Notes under the pieces: generated by a model
Databases searched by the model: none
What the model was told of the DNA's origin: nothing
Seen by the model: the letters and a program-made list of their open reading frames with translations, nothing else
Made by a program: the position numbers and the translations under genes
Shown here: piece by piece, positions 49,672-59,872 of the stretch
Layout: every line of letters begins with the position of its first letter
Position numbering within the stretch: the first letter of the stretch is position 1
Virus record (IMG/VR): IMGVR_UViG_3300028197_001221
Span: 61,942 to 125,941 of that record
DNA from: a virus
DNA: 64,000 nucleotides
Strand: one strand, 5' to 3'

Positions 49672-51162
49672 TTACTTACTGAGTACGTTGTTTTCGAGCC
49701 ATTCAGCGACACTCGCTCTAGTGGCTTCTAGTTCTTCATTTTCATCAGAAGCGTCTACCAGAGTTGCCTCAGTGGTTTCTACTTCTTCAAGAGCTTCTTC
49801 AGCAGCTACTTCAGCTTCAGCTTCTTCAGCTTCTTCTGCTTTAACTGGTGGTTTAGCCTTGGCTTTTTTCTCGTCTTCTTCCGTAGGCTTTGCCTTGGCT
49901 TCGTCTTCTTCGTCCTTCTTGACTTTGCCAACTTTCTTTTCCATCTTCGTCATTGCTGAGATAATGGTATCAAAAGTAGCGTCATCAAACTCTTCGTAAG
50001 AAGCAAGTGTTTCTTCAGCTTCTTCAGCCTCAAAACCAAGATCAAGAAGTGCAGCCTTGCGAGCTTCAGTCTTCTTTTCCTTCTTCATCTTCTTAAGCTC
50101 TTCCATTCTTTCTTTAAACTCATTGTCTTTGGCTTCCAATGATTCTTGAAGTTCCGTAATGGATGCTTCTTTTTCAGCGACTGTAACTTCAAGAGCTGCA
50201 ATTGCTTCATCTTTAGCTGCCAACGTTTCTTCAAGCTTGGCAACAGCTGCACCTTGCTCTTTAGCTGAAGTAGCTTCGATTTCTTCTCGAAGTGCTACAT
50301 TTTCTTCTTTAGCAGATGCTAACTCACTTTTCATTTCAGCAAGTTGCTTCTCTAAGAGATTGGTATCTGACATGTCATTATCTCCTTCAGGGAAACTAGT
50401 TAAAATTGATGTGTTAGAATTTAGAGAGAAAGCTCTGCTAGAATCAAGTATTACACTTCTTGGATTCGCTGGTTTAGATACTAAACCTTTACCAGAAAAA
50501 GAAATGTCTCTTAATGATCGTCCCAGTTTGTAGCCTTCATATTCTCCAGTACCACCGTATGCTCGTAAATGCTTAGTTAAGAATGCAGAACCCTCATTAC
50601 GTTCGAGAAGTTTTGCACCACCACTTTCATCTAACAAGGCGTAGTCAAAACCAGCAAACAAACATTCCATAGAAACAAACCATTTGCCTTCTTCGATTTC
50701 AGCAATAATTTGATTCATGCGCTGTCTGTTTTCTGGATCTGTCCAGCTATTATATAACACAGCCTCGGTGATAATGTCGAAATCATCTGGCTGAGTATCA
50801 TCGTCTACCACGCTGCCGTTTTTATCGACAACGTAACTTCCTGTAATATGCCCAATGATATCATTCTCATTGTGCATAAAATTGAATTGTTTATCTTCTG
50901 GTGTGTCTCTGGCATTCCAAGTAGCTTGAGTTTGAAACACATCGTCATTTTTATTCCAACCTGTTGAAACCAATACTGATTTCAAGTAGAATAAATCTAT
51001 TTGTTTTGGGTTTCCACTATCTGCTTTAACTTTATTAGCAAAAGCTAGCGATTCATCGTTAGCGGTTTCGCAAATAGTAGCGGGCATACAATAGGCTATA
51101 CTGGCGCTAGATTGCACCAGTTCTGCAATATTGTCTTTTATTTCTTGTTTATATATTTTCAT
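49672..51162 (-). CDS. Prohead protease fused to an acidic coiled-coil scaffold
   Basis: WNKNDDVF, NFMH..IIGHI, VSMEC and GLVSKPANP protease-like motifs; Glu/Ala/Lys-rich C-terminal half. Confidence 0.8.
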   Translation of the reverse strand: MKIYKQEIKDNIAELVQSSASIAYCMPATICETANDESLAFANKVKADSGNPKQIDLFYLKSVLVSTGWNKNDDVFQTQATWNARDTPEDKQFNFMHNENDIIGHITGSYVVDKNGSVVDDDTQPDDFDIITEAVLYNSWTDPENRQRMNQIIAEIEEGKWFVSMECLFAGFDYALLDESGGAKLLERNEGSAFLTKHLRAYGGTGEYEGYKLGRSLRDISFSGKGLVSKPANPRSVILDSSRAFSLNSNTSILTSFPEGDNDMSDTNLLEKQLAEMKSELASAKEENVALREEIEATSAKEQGAAVAKLEETLAAKDEAIAALEVTVAEKEASITELQESLEAKDNEFKERMEELKKMKKEKKTEARKAALLDLGFEAEEAEETLASYEEFDDATFDTIISAMTKMEKKVGKVKKDEEDEAKAKPTEEDEKKAKAKPPVKAEEAEEAEAEVAAEEALEEVETTEATLVDASDENEELEATRASVAEWLENNVLSK

Positions 51163-51181
51163 ACGTTGCCCTCGTAAACAT

Positions 51182-51188
51182 TATACAC
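51182..51188 (-). promoter_or_regulatory. Putative late promoter GTGTATA
   Basis: Intergenic TTTT-GTGTATA-ATGTT upstream of the protease/capsid genes. Confidence 0.7.
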
Positions 51189-51210
51189 AAAATATTAAAA
51201 AAAATGTGTA

Positions 51211-53241
51211 TTAGCCCGTTTTAGTATCTACGAACAATCCTATAACGTATGTTCTGTAATCGTCTATACTCATGCTATCAAGATTGACGCTATTATCCAG
51301 CATAATCTTTTTTAACTCTCTGTTTGTTTTTACGCCAGATTTAAGCTTTTTAAATATAGTTGTGGGGTTAACACTTTCATGAGTGTCAAAATTAGTGAAC
51401 ACATCTAGTTTAATTGATTCTAGGTCTTTAACCTGAGCCTTTGTTAGCTGTCTTAAGTTCTTCTTATTATGAGAATTTAGAAAGGCGTTATTTACGGTTT
51501 CAGAAATTTTAGACCATGAATTTTCTGCCCACACCAAAGTTTCAGCAAGTCCCGGTTGTGATTTTGGTTTTTCAACACGCTTCTTTCTTGGTCCATTATC
51601 CAGACTATTTGGTGGTCTGCCATCATCTTTAATATCTGTATTGGTATTACGTTTAACAGATTTTTGTTTTTCTTTTTCTTGCTTTAAATTAATCTGTCCT
51701 TGCTTATCCATTTTCTCTATATCTTGATCATGGTTAGGATTATGATAAGGACTTGCTTTTGGAGGACCAGCTTCGTCTCTCTTAGAAAGCTCTCTTTTAA
51801 TTCTAATGTTTTCTATCTGAGGTATTTCCTTGAATCTCTCAAGTAATGTTTCATGACTAATGATATCTCTGTCAGCAAGTTGTATAAGGAGATTCTTTTC
51901 AGCAGCTTCATCAGAAAGAGTCATTTGATCAAATTGTATATGAGCCTTATATCTAAAGCCCATAGACTTTCGTACAATTTCTAATTCTTTTTCCCAAAAC
52001 TTAGTAAGCAAGTCTCTTCCGTACTGAAGTCTTTCTAGTAATGTTTTAAGTGATATAAAGTTGTTTGTAAACCCACCGCCATTGCTAGCCATACCAGTAA
52101 GCGTTGGCGGTACACCAAGGCCAGCGTAGATGCTATTCAATACGGAGGTATATTTCTCGGAACCTAAGAATTTATATACCTCACTACTAGATTCTTGAAA
52201 CGAAAGTTCTGGCCCCCAGACTAGTTCCATAGTGCCACCGCCAACGTTACTGGATAGAATGTCTCGTAATTTATTAATGGCTGCTTTATTAGGTAGTATC
52301 TTATGATCCAAATTACCTAAAGTCCATAATCTAATATTTGATATAGCTCCATCTAATGCAGACATGTCAGCGAGCCTCATTTTTTCAAGCATGACAATAT
52401 CATCTAATATAGCATATATCATGGGATTAGCCCACTGTCTCCAATCATCTTTTTTGTAGTAAGATATTGTAAGACGTTCTGGGTCTAGTGGTATATCTTT
52501 TTGTCCTTTTAATATAGCTTGTTTTACATTTACGGGTAAAGTTTCGATTACATGATTAGGAAGATCTCCAGACCTGAATTTGTCGAAAAATGAGTTCGTA
52601 GTTATTGTATAGTTTTGCCTACCCATAAATAAAGATAGTTGACCTTCCTTCATCTTAACGGTCAGAGGGTTAAAGAAATTGTACCTCCAAGGTATCTGGT
52701 TCTCTGGCGCAGAAGGGACTTCAACTTTAATGTCAGAAGACAAGGCTTTCATATAACTCTTTAACTGAGGGGTTATATTTGCATAACTTCTATAAATGAT
52801 TACATTTCCAGTTTTATAAAGGTTATTAAGAAATCTTTCTGATCTTTCTTTACCATTTATGTTTTTAAACCATTGTTGGTAGAACTTCTCAACACTTTTA
52901 TCTTTATGTACAATTTGAATTCCTTGACTACCAAAGTCTCCCATGAGATCAATAATATTACGAATGATGCCAACTTTGTCGTATGCATCCATGCACATTT
53001 TAATTATTCTTCTTTGCTGATTAGGCACAGCTTCGTCGGGCCTGAACGCATAATAGTCCTTAGAAGTAAATCCCGGCTTAACAGATCGGTTAGGTTCAAT
53101 GTCAATAAAATGTCTGTAGTGATTGCCTTGACTTTTGCTTAGACCACTATAAGCCTGAACATTGTCAGAGAATTGAGACATAGCTTTAGCTTTGCCTTCG
53201 TCGTCACCTTCTTGCCAAGTTATCATATCTTCTTCACTCAT
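51211..53241 (-). CDS. Portal protein
   Basis: 676 aa between large terminase and protease; IIRNIIDLM, GLGVPPTL and ISHETLLE motifs. Confidence 0.85.
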   Translation of the reverse strand: MSEEDMITWQEGDDEGKAKAMSQFSDNVQAYSGLSKSQGNHYRHFIDIEPNRSVKPGFTSKDYYAFRPDEAVPNQQRRIIKMCMDAYDKVGIIRNIIDLMGDFGSQGIQIVHKDKSVEKFYQQWFKNINGKERSERFLNNLYKTGNVIIYRSYANITPQLKSYMKALSSDIKVEVPSAPENQIPWRYNFFNPLTVKMKEGQLSLFMGRQNYTITTNSFFDKFRSGDLPNHVIETLPVNVKQAILKGQKDIPLDPERLTISYYKKDDWRQWANPMIYAILDDIVMLEKMRLADMSALDGAISNIRLWTLGNLDHKILPNKAAINKLRDILSSNVGGGTMELVWGPELSFQESSSEVYKFLGSEKYTSVLNSIYAGLGVPPTLTGMASNGGGFTNNFISLKTLLERLQYGRDLLTKFWEKELEIVRKSMGFRYKAHIQFDQMTLSDEAAEKNLLIQLADRDIISHETLLERFKEIPQIENIRIKRELSKRDEAGPPKASPYHNPNHDQDIEKMDKQGQINLKQEKEKQKSVKRNTNTDIKDDGRPPNSLDNGPRKKRVEKPKSQPGLAETLVWAENSWSKISETVNNAFLNSHNKKNLRQLTKAQVKDLESIKLDVFTNFDTHESVNPTTIFKKLKSGVKTNRELKKIMLDNSVNLDSMSIDDYRTYVIGLFVDTKTG

Positions 53242-53279
53242 TTTTACCTCAATCGGAATGTAATTGGATTGTATATGTA

Positions 53280-55259
53280 TTAATACACATCTTTCATGGA
53301 ATCTGCAAACCAGCTTGGACCAGTATACATATTTTCATCTTTTTCTTTTGGCTTATGGCCTCCAGTTGCAAAGCCTCCATAAAATTCATAATCCGCTTGT
53401 GTTGGAGTTCTCTGTAATATTCTAGCAGCCATATTAGCCATTAACAATGCTGAGTATCTATCTTTTCTCATTTTACTTTTTCTACCAGTACCAATAACAA
53501 CTTCTGGTGTATCCCACCTATCTCTACCACTATTTGTCTGAGTCATTTGTATCATAGACAATTCATCCTTAAGTTCTTCTATATCAAGAACGCACTCTTC
53601 AAGAGTATCAAACATTCTGTTTTTTGTGTCGTCTTGATGTTGAGATATATCTAGACTTACAGGGTCAAAGAATGGGAATAATAAAACTTTATCCTCAAAG
53701 TCTTTTCTCATGCCGTGATTCGATTCAGCTAGCCAATCATATTTTGCAAATTGACACATTTCTAGAATATGCAACCCACGTTCTCCGTCTGTGTCTTTTT
53801 CTTTGTTATCATCAATTACGGGCCATATGGCTATCTCTCCTTCCTTGATCTTATCTTTATCATGCAAAGATTCCATAACAGCAACGCCACCGCCCTGAGC
53901 ATCCATAGCTATGTGTAGGCATGGGTATAGTTTCATTAGATCTCTAATTTTTCTAGCACAGTAGGAGTAAAAATCAGTTTCGCTAGAATATCCCTTCTTG
54001 ACTCTTTCTTTATGCTCTGATCTAGTAGTCGTCCAGCAATGTACAATTCTTCTGTGATCTAGATTTACTTCTAATACTACTATACTAAAATTATCTACTT
54101 CTGATGCAGGGTCAACTCCAAATATATAATACTTATCTTTACTTCCCATTAATGAGGCTTCAAAATGTATTTCATTATCATTACTATCTTTAATAGCGCT
54201 GTCGTTAGAAATAACACAAGATTCTATTAGTGAACGCTTAAAGAATCCTTGACTATCTCTGGTGAAGCAGGCTCCATACTCCATTTGGTATATACCAGTA
54301 TGCACAGTGGCTTTAGACCGTGCTACTTGATCTGCATCCATAAAACCTTTAGGCAATAATTCATAAGGCATACGAATAATAGAATACTGAGTCCAATCAA
54401 AATTTTCTGGTGGATCTTCTCCAAATATTTCTCTTAACCTATTAGCTCTGCCTCTACTTTGTATAATAGATTTCCATTTTTTCCAATATGTAGCAAAGTG
54501 ATTAAAATCATAATAAGCAGTACCTGATAAAATAATTTGATTATCTTTTTTGACTTCTCTTTGCTCCTCTTCAAATGACACTCCTAATTCTTCTGCTTTT
54601 TTCTGTGCAGCTAATCTCTTTACATTTTCTACAGGATCTGCGCTAACAGCTGCAAAACCAGCTACAACATTTTCAAATATTTCTCTAGGTATAGATGCAA
54701 ATTCATCAGCAATAATATCATTAGCTCTTTGACCTCTAATCTTCTGACCATCACCAAGAGGTAAGCATGTCACAGTGCTATCGTTAAGCCTTAGCGTACA
54801 CCTGTCTGTGTCTCTTCGTGGACCGCTATCTCCATCGCAAATGTCTCGTAGCATAGGGGAATTACGCCATATAGTCTCCATGTATTCAAACAAAACTTTA
54901 GACTGTCTAAAAGCAGCTCCTACAACTACTACTTTTCTATTTGGTAGTATCAAGGCTCTTAGCACAGCGTACAGAGACAACATAAACGATTTACCAAAAC
55001 CTCGACTAGCAATAAGCATTGGAAATTTTCTATTCCATATTTCTCTTAAGAACAAAGCCTGAGATGGAAGCAGTTGAACATTAAGCACTTCTTTACATAT
55101 AAAAGAAAGGTACTCTGGCCTAGTCATCAACCAAGCAAGTTTTAAATTGAAGTCATCTTCCTGTGGTTTTAGAATACTCATAGGATTGAAAAAATCAGTC
55201 TCTATAGCATCTAAACCAAGCCACGCTTCGTCTATTTTTTTTAATTTAGTTTTTGCCAA
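53280..55259 (-). CDS. terL: Terminase large subunit
   Basis: Walker A SRGFGKS, Walker B IIADE, RNase H-like FGVDPA and KDRYSA motifs. Confidence 0.93.
   Translation of the reverse strand: MAKTKLKKIDEAWLGLDAIETDFFNPMSILKPQEDDFNLKLAWLMTRPEYLSFICKEVLNVQLLPSQALFLREIWNRKFPMLIASRGFGKSFMLSLYAVLRALILPNRKVVVVGAAFRQSKVLFEYMETIWRNSPMLRDICDGDSGPRRDTDRCTLRLNDSTVTCLPLGDGQKIRGQRANDIIADEFASIPREIFENVVAGFAAVSADPVENVKRLAAQKKAEELGVSFEEEQREVKKDNQIILSGTAYYDFNHFATYWKKWKSIIQSRGRANRLREIFGEDPPENFDWTQYSIIRMPYELLPKGFMDADQVARSKATVHTGIYQMEYGACFTRDSQGFFKRSLIESCVISNDSAIKDSNDNEIHFEASLMGSKDKYYIFGVDPASEVDNFSIVVLEVNLDHRRIVHCWTTTRSEHKERVKKGYSSETDFYSYCARKIRDLMKLYPCLHIAMDAQGGGVAVMESLHDKDKIKEGEIAIWPVIDDNKEKDTDGERGLHILEMCQFAKYDWLAESNHGMRKDFEDKVLLFPFFDPVSLDISQHQDDTKNRMFDTLEECVLDIEELKDELSMIQMTQTNSGRDRWDTPEVVIGTGRKSKMRKDRYSALLMANMAARILQRTPTQADYEFYGGFATGGHKPKEKDENMYTGPSWFADSMKDVY
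53282..53288 (-). promoter_or_regulatory. Putative late promoter GTGTATT
   Basis: Overlaps the end of the terminase gene, about 40 bp upstream of the portal start. Confidence 0.55.
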
Positions 55260-55888
55260 TCTTCTAATACCCTATCTGCGAAACCGTAGTGAACAGCTTC
55301 TTGTGAATTAATGTACCAATCGCCTGACTTTAATTTTCTTGTTAAGTATGTTTTAACTTTCTCTATGTCTGGATTCTTACCATACTTTTCTTGGAAGTAC
55401 GGTCCTTGACTGCAACTCTTTGCATAAATATCAATCATAACATCACAAATATGTTTTTCATATTTAGCTAAATTCTGAACAGTTAGGTATTCGCCAATAG
55501 CTGCACTAGATCCATAATGAGACATAAAATAAGTATTGGGTGTAATCAATCTTAAATCCGCAGCTTGAAATATTATACTACTCATAGACTCCGCTTGACC
55601 ATAAGCAATAATAGTAACAAAAGATCTAGACATTGATATAGCGTCATAAATAGCCATGCCATCTGACCATTCTCCCCCAACGCTTTGCATATGTATAGTA
55701 ATGGGTTTATCTGATTTAATATCTAATGCTCTCATATTTTTTAAGAACGTATTAGACATCTTATACTCTACGCCGGGATTGTCTTCATCATTAGCTCCAT
55801 AATGATTATGCAGAAATATTTCTCTAGTATCTATATTAGCGCAATAATTATGAAGATCGTAAAGTAGATCTTTATCGTAATTATTCAT
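55241..55888 (-). CDS. clpP: ClpP-family peptidase
   Basis: ITIHMQSVGG, GQAESMS (Ser), FMSHYG (His), GDWYI (Asp), EAVHYGFAD. Confidence 0.88.
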   Translation of the reverse strand: MNNYDKDLLYDLHNYCANIDTREIFLHNHYGANDEDNPGVEYKMSNTFLKNMRALDIKSDKPITIHMQSVGGEWSDGMAIYDAISMSRSFVTIIAYGQAESMSSIIFQAADLRLITPNTYFMSHYGSSAAIGEYLTVQNLAKYEKHICDVMIDIYAKSCSQGPYFQEKYGKNPDIEKVKTYLTRKLKSGDWYINSQEAVHYGFADRVLEDWQKLN

Positions 55889-56388
55889 TTCTTTCTCCCT
55901 ATAGTATACATTTCGTTAATCCTCTTAAATATACTACTAACCGCTAAGAATGCTGTATGTTTGTCTCCGCAGAAAAGAACATGAACATCATTATACAATT
56001 CAAATTCTATTAAACATTTTAACATGTATCTTCCAGTTATTTTTACAGAAGCTTTATTCTTAATTGGTATTCTAGTTTCTTTAGGAAACTTTATTAATTC
56101 TTCTAAAGAAAATTCAAGTATCATATATTTATGAGGGAAAGGCTCCATCCTTTCTATCTCTTTAAGAAACGCTGTCTTTTTAGAACCAAGGTTTTGGGCT
56201 AACTCTTCAACGCAACCCTTTCTTTCGACGCATATTTTATCCTCTAATCCTTCTATTGAATAATCACCAGTATCTAGTTTATGCTCTATCATTCCAGCGC
56301 AAGTATTAAACTTACTAAAGTAATATCCGTCTTGCTCACGGGTATCTTTTATTACTGTAAAATCAGGAGCTTGTTTATATTTACTCAT
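55885..56388 (-). CDS. ERCC4/XPF-Mus81-family nuclease
   Basis: IKDTREQ...LDTGDYSI...VERK signature. Confidence 0.88.
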   Translation of the reverse strand: MSKYKQAPDFTVIKDTREQDGYYFSKFNTCAGMIEHKLDTGDYSIEGLEDKICVERKGCVEELAQNLGSKKTAFLKEIERMEPFPHKYMILEFSLEELIKFPKETRIPIKNKASVKITGRYMLKCLIEFELYNDVHVLFCGDKHTAFLAVSSIFKRINEMYTIGRKK

Positions 56389-56641
56389 TTATTATCTCTC
56401 TGAATACATGTTCATAGTGGGATTCTCTACCTGTTACTGACTTATGACAATATTTACATAGGGTTATTCCATTTGAAACTTCATACCTAAGAGCAGAAGC
56501 TCCTGCCCATTTTGATATATGATGAACTTGTAAATTTTTTTTATTTTTACATCCGGGCATCTGACACTGAAATTTATCTCGTTTCAGAACCTTGACTCTA
56601 AAGTCTTTATATACCGGATCATGATAGTCTCTCATAAACAC
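56381..56641 (-). CDS. HNH endonuclease
   Basis: VLKRDKFQCQMPGC...VHHI...NGITLCKYCH. Confidence 0.9.
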   Translation of the reverse strand: MFMRDYHDPVYKDFRVKVLKRDKFQCQMPGCKNKKNLQVHHISKWAGASALRYEVSNGITLCKYCHKSVTGRESHYEHVFREIINE

Positions 56642-56880
56642 TCTACTTTATCTATTCTCATATACCTTCTTATTTTTCTGCATATTACTCTGGTTTCTAT
56701 CGTTGGTTCAATTTCCATTATAGCTGACATTATTCTATGCATTATAATAGAACAAGCGTCGTCAGGATTTTGTGCTTCTATGAAATACAAGCAGAACGGT
56801 GTTCTGTATTCTCTAAGATCATACGGCATCAGTTCTAAGTGTAAATCTATTAAGTCTAGTGATAATCTATAATTTGGCAT
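56632..56880 (-). CDS. Hypothetical protein
   Basis: 82 aa, overlaps both neighbours. Confidence 0.65.
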   Translation of the reverse strand: MPNYRLSLDLIDLHLELMPYDLREYRTPFCLYFIEAQNPDDACSIIMHRIMSAIMEIEPTIETRVICRKIRRYMRIDKVECL

Positions 56881-57910
56881 CTAGCATCAGTTTAACCAAT
56901 CCTTCTAGGTTTTGCTTAGGTTCCCATCCTAGAACCTTTTTAGCCTTAGTGTAATCCCCTTTTAAATAATCTACTTCACATGGTCTGTAAAATTTTGGAT
57001 CTATAACAATAAATTTATGATAATCTTTTAATTTGGCTTGTGTAAACGCTTCGTTTAAAAAATCTTTTATTGTATAACTCTTGCCAGTACATATAACATA
57101 ATCGTCAGCCTGCTCTTGTTGCAGCATTAACCACATCGCTTCAACATAGTCTCCAGCATACCCCCAATCTCGATATGCTTCTAAATTGCCTAGTCTAAGT
57201 TTAGGGAAACTTTCTCTATGTATCACTATATGATCTGCTGTATAATCTATAGGAAAGTCGTCAAAAGATGAATAAGATAACCATTTTTTAAAATTCGATA
57301 TCCATGTAATTATTTTCTGCGTGACAAAAGCTTCGCCCCTACGTGGTCCTTCATGATTAAAAAGAATACCAGCACTAGCATGAACGTTATAAGCATTCCG
57401 ATATATACGAACGCAATTATGGGCAGCGCACTTAGCGATAGCATATGGTGAGTTGGGCATGAGTTTAGTTTGTTCATCTTGATATTTGACTCCATTCCTA
57501 TCTATATCATAAGAACTTCCAAACATCTCACTTGAAGAAGCTTGGTAAAATCTAACATGGTTCATTTTCAAATCTACCAGAGACTGTAGTAAATTTAAGC
57601 ATCCTCTACCTGTAACATCCCATGTTAGCGCAGGTTGTTTGAAAGAAACTCCTACATGCGATTGTGCCGCTAGATTATAGACTTCATCTACATTATCGTT
57701 ATCTTTAAATATATTAATTACACTACTAACATCTGTTATATCCCCGTCGATCAATTTAAAATTCTTATAATTTAAGAGATGTTTAATGCGCTCGCTCGTA
57801 TCCACGCTGCATCTTCTTGCTACGCCTATAACCTCATAATTCTTTTCAAGGAGCAGGTCTGCGAGATGGCTTCCATCCTGCCCCGTAATGCCTGTAATAA
57901 TAGCTTTCAT
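56867..57910 (-). CDS. gmd: GDP-mannose 4,6-dehydratase
   Basis: GITGQDG, NLAAQSHV, YQASSSEMFG, SPYAIAK, GILFNHE, LGNLEAYRDWG, YRPCEVDYL. Confidence 0.96.
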   Translation of the reverse strand: MKAIITGITGQDGSHLADLLLEKNYEVIGVARRCSVDTSERIKHLLNYKNFKLIDGDITDVSSVINIFKDNDNVDEVYNLAAQSHVGVSFKQPALTWDVTGRGCLNLLQSLVDLKMNHVRFYQASSSEMFGSSYDIDRNGVKYQDEQTKLMPNSPYAIAKCAAHNCVRIYRNAYNVHASAGILFNHEGPRRGEAFVTQKIITWISNFKKWLSYSSFDDFPIDYTADHIVIHRESFPKLRLGNLEAYRDWGYAGDYVEAMWLMLQQEQADDYVICTGKSYTIKDFLNEAFTQAKLKDYHKFIVIDPKFYRPCEVDYLKGDYTKAKKVLGWEPKQNLEGLVKLMLDAKL

Positions 57911-58509
57911 TTTACTTCCTCGTATAGTTTAAAATCTTTATCATACATTTCTTCAATTTTTCTCATTGAATCGTATGAAAGAATATCTTGGTACTTTCCG
58001 TGAGAACTTTGGTTTTCTTTAGCCACTCCTTTAAGACCTACTCTTATTAAATCTTTTTCAAGTCTCTCATATTTTCCAATTACATCAAAGTTTTTCTTGT
58101 CATTAATAAAAAATATTTGTTTATTGAAATGTACTGGAAACGTGGGCCAAAGAACCTTCTCGAAATTTTCACTTCCTATAAAATCATTAATATCTTTATC
58201 TAAGTATTCTTCTAAGATAGGATATGATTTAGAATAAGAGTTCCAATGGTAATCGCCCCTGTCAGCCACTTTGCTCATATTGTAGTAATATGCAGACACA
58301 AATCTATCAAATGGGTTTCTTATAAAAACAAACTTAAAAAAGTTTCGTGCTGCAATAGGACTTTTTTTAAGGATTTGATTATAGTTATAATGCCACTCTG
58401 TTAATAGTGGTTTATCGTCTTTATACTTTTTATTAAGAGCTGTTTTAATAGAAGATCCCGCACACTTGGGATTATGAATAAACAGAACTTTATTTGCTAA
58501 AAAAATCAT
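57907..58509 (-). CDS. Sulfotransferase family 2 protein
   Basis: PAPS-binding motifs FIHNPKCAGSSI and RNPFDRFVSAY; start set at the ATG at 58509 with a GAGGA RBS. Confidence 0.85.
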   Translation of the reverse strand: MIFLANKVLFIHNPKCAGSSIKTALNKKYKDDKPLLTEWHYNYNQILKKSPIAARNFFKFVFIRNPFDRFVSAYYYNMSKVADRGDYHWNSYSKSYPILEEYLDKDINDFIGSENFEKVLWPTFPVHFNKQIFFINDKKNFDVIGKYERLEKDLIRVGLKGVAKENQSSHGKYQDILSYDSMRKIEEMYDKDFKLYEEVK

Positions 58510-58604
58510 TTTATCCTCGATAATATAAACCACGCTATTGACAATTCTACTGTAAGCGCTATCATCCAACATGGTAAGATTACGAACAGTGATTCTGGGT
58601 CCAT
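58506..58604 (-). CDS. 32-aa single-pass membrane peptide MDPESLFVILPCWMIALTVELSIAWFILSRIK
   Basis: AAGGA RBS, fills the gap between neighbours, ATGA overlap with the sulfotransferase start. Confidence 0.6.
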   Translation of the reverse strand: MDPESLFVILPCWMIALTVELSIAWFILSRIK

Positions 58605-58605
58605 C

Positions 58606-59397
58606 TTAATCCTTTACTGTGTCCGGTGTTAAAAACGGTTGGTCTATGGTTCCATCCTCATACTTGTGTAAAGCTGACAAGCGTTCACCCTCGTTTTTCA
58701 TAGCTGCCCTCATCTTCTCCATCTCAACCCCATATGATTTCATAAGGTCTGGATCTTGCATCATAGAAGCCACCCAGCTAGTAAAACTCTGCTTGCTATC
58801 CTCAAGCCTCTTAATTCGCTGCTCACGGGTTCCTTTCATCTCGCGCAACATACTTGACTTCTTAGCCTGCAACTCCCTGTAATCACGATTTAAGCTTTCC
58901 TGCGATGCCCTCAGAGAAGCCACCTGTCTTTCTAAGTTAATAATATAATCATGATCTTGTTGATCTTTGTCTCTAGATCGTTCATCTTTAATCATGACAT
59001 CATAAGTATTAATCTGTTCTATATTCTCTTTATTACCTTTGAGACATCTATTCATTAATAACTCCAACTTAATCACATCGACTACTTGGAGTTCTTCAGT
59101 TGGAAAGACATCATCTTTAAACTGGGATATAATCCTAGCCCAGTGATATTTGAATAATTCTAATTCTGATTCGGTAAACTGTGATTCTAGTTCAATCCAA
59201 TAGGGACGATCCTGTAGTGAATATGCGGCCATTTCAATCTTATTTAAACCAATTTTTAGTTTTCTCTTTATATATTCCTCTACAGAGTTAACGGACCTAT
59301 CTAATTGTTTAGCTATATCTTCCACTGGCAGACTGTCTGATAGCCTTGCTATAGTACGTCCTTCGTCGTCAGATATCCTACCCTTCTTCATAACCAT
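58606..59397 (-). CDS. HTH plus coiled-coil protein, candidate terminase small subunit
   Basis: N-terminal VEDIAKQLDRSVNSVEEYI HTH, long helices, upstream of terL. Confidence 0.5.
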   Translation of the reverse strand: MVMKKGRISDDEGRTIARLSDSLPVEDIAKQLDRSVNSVEEYIKRKLKIGLNKIEMAAYSLQDRPYWIELESQFTESELELFKYHWARIISQFKDDVFPTEELQVVDVIKLELLMNRCLKGNKENIEQINTYDVMIKDERSRDKDQQDHDYIINLERQVASLRASQESLNRDYRELQAKKSSMLREMKGTREQRIKRLEDSKQSFTSWVASMMQDPDLMKSYGVEMEKMRAAMKNEGERLSALHKYEDGTIDQPFLTPDTVKD

Positions 59398-59872
59398 ACT
59401 CCTCTAATATAATACGTACCGCCTCTAGAACATCAAGTCTACGTTTTTTAGGTGTGTAAATGTTATTAAGTATTTTTAAGTAATCTTCTCTCATCTTAGC
59501 TGGAAGTCTTTTATCTATAATCTTAAATAATTCAGTAGTGTCTACATTATTGTGTTCAGACTCATCACATACAAGGTTATCAAACATAAGCTGTTTAGGA
59601 GAAAGAACTTTACGCTTGTCTTCAGAAGACTTGGTGAAATTATTATCTCTAATAAAGTTTTTAAGCCTGTTGGATAAATTAACTGATAGGAAGTTCTCTA
59701 GGGGGCGTTTTTGATCATAACGGGATAAAGCTTCATAACATATAATAAAAGATTCTTGTTTTATGTCATTTATATCATAACCGTGGAAAGTGTACTTGGG
59801 GGCGATCCTATTTATAACAAGTTCTATTTTTTCTAATACTTCATCTTGATTAAGATTCTTGGGTATCTTCAT
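59378..59872 (-). CDS. Phage-encoded sigma70-family sigma factor (region 2 clear, region 4 degenerate)
   Basis: DIKQESFIICYEALSRYDQKRPLENFLSVNLSNRLKNFIRD matches region 2; start assumed at MKIPK. Confidence 0.75.
   Translation of the reverse strand: MKIPKNLNQDEVLEKIELVINRIAPKYTFHGYDINDIKQESFIICYEALSRYDQKRPLENFLSVNLSNRLKNFIRDNNFTKSSEDKRKVLSPKQLMFDNLVCDESEHNNVDTTELFKIIDKRLPAKMREDYLKILNNIYTPKKRRLDVLEAVRIILEEYGYEEG

Noticed and set aside
53280-55259. Intein or intron in the terminase
   Set aside because: Continuous ORF of ordinary size with no splice-junction or homing-endonuclease motifs seen
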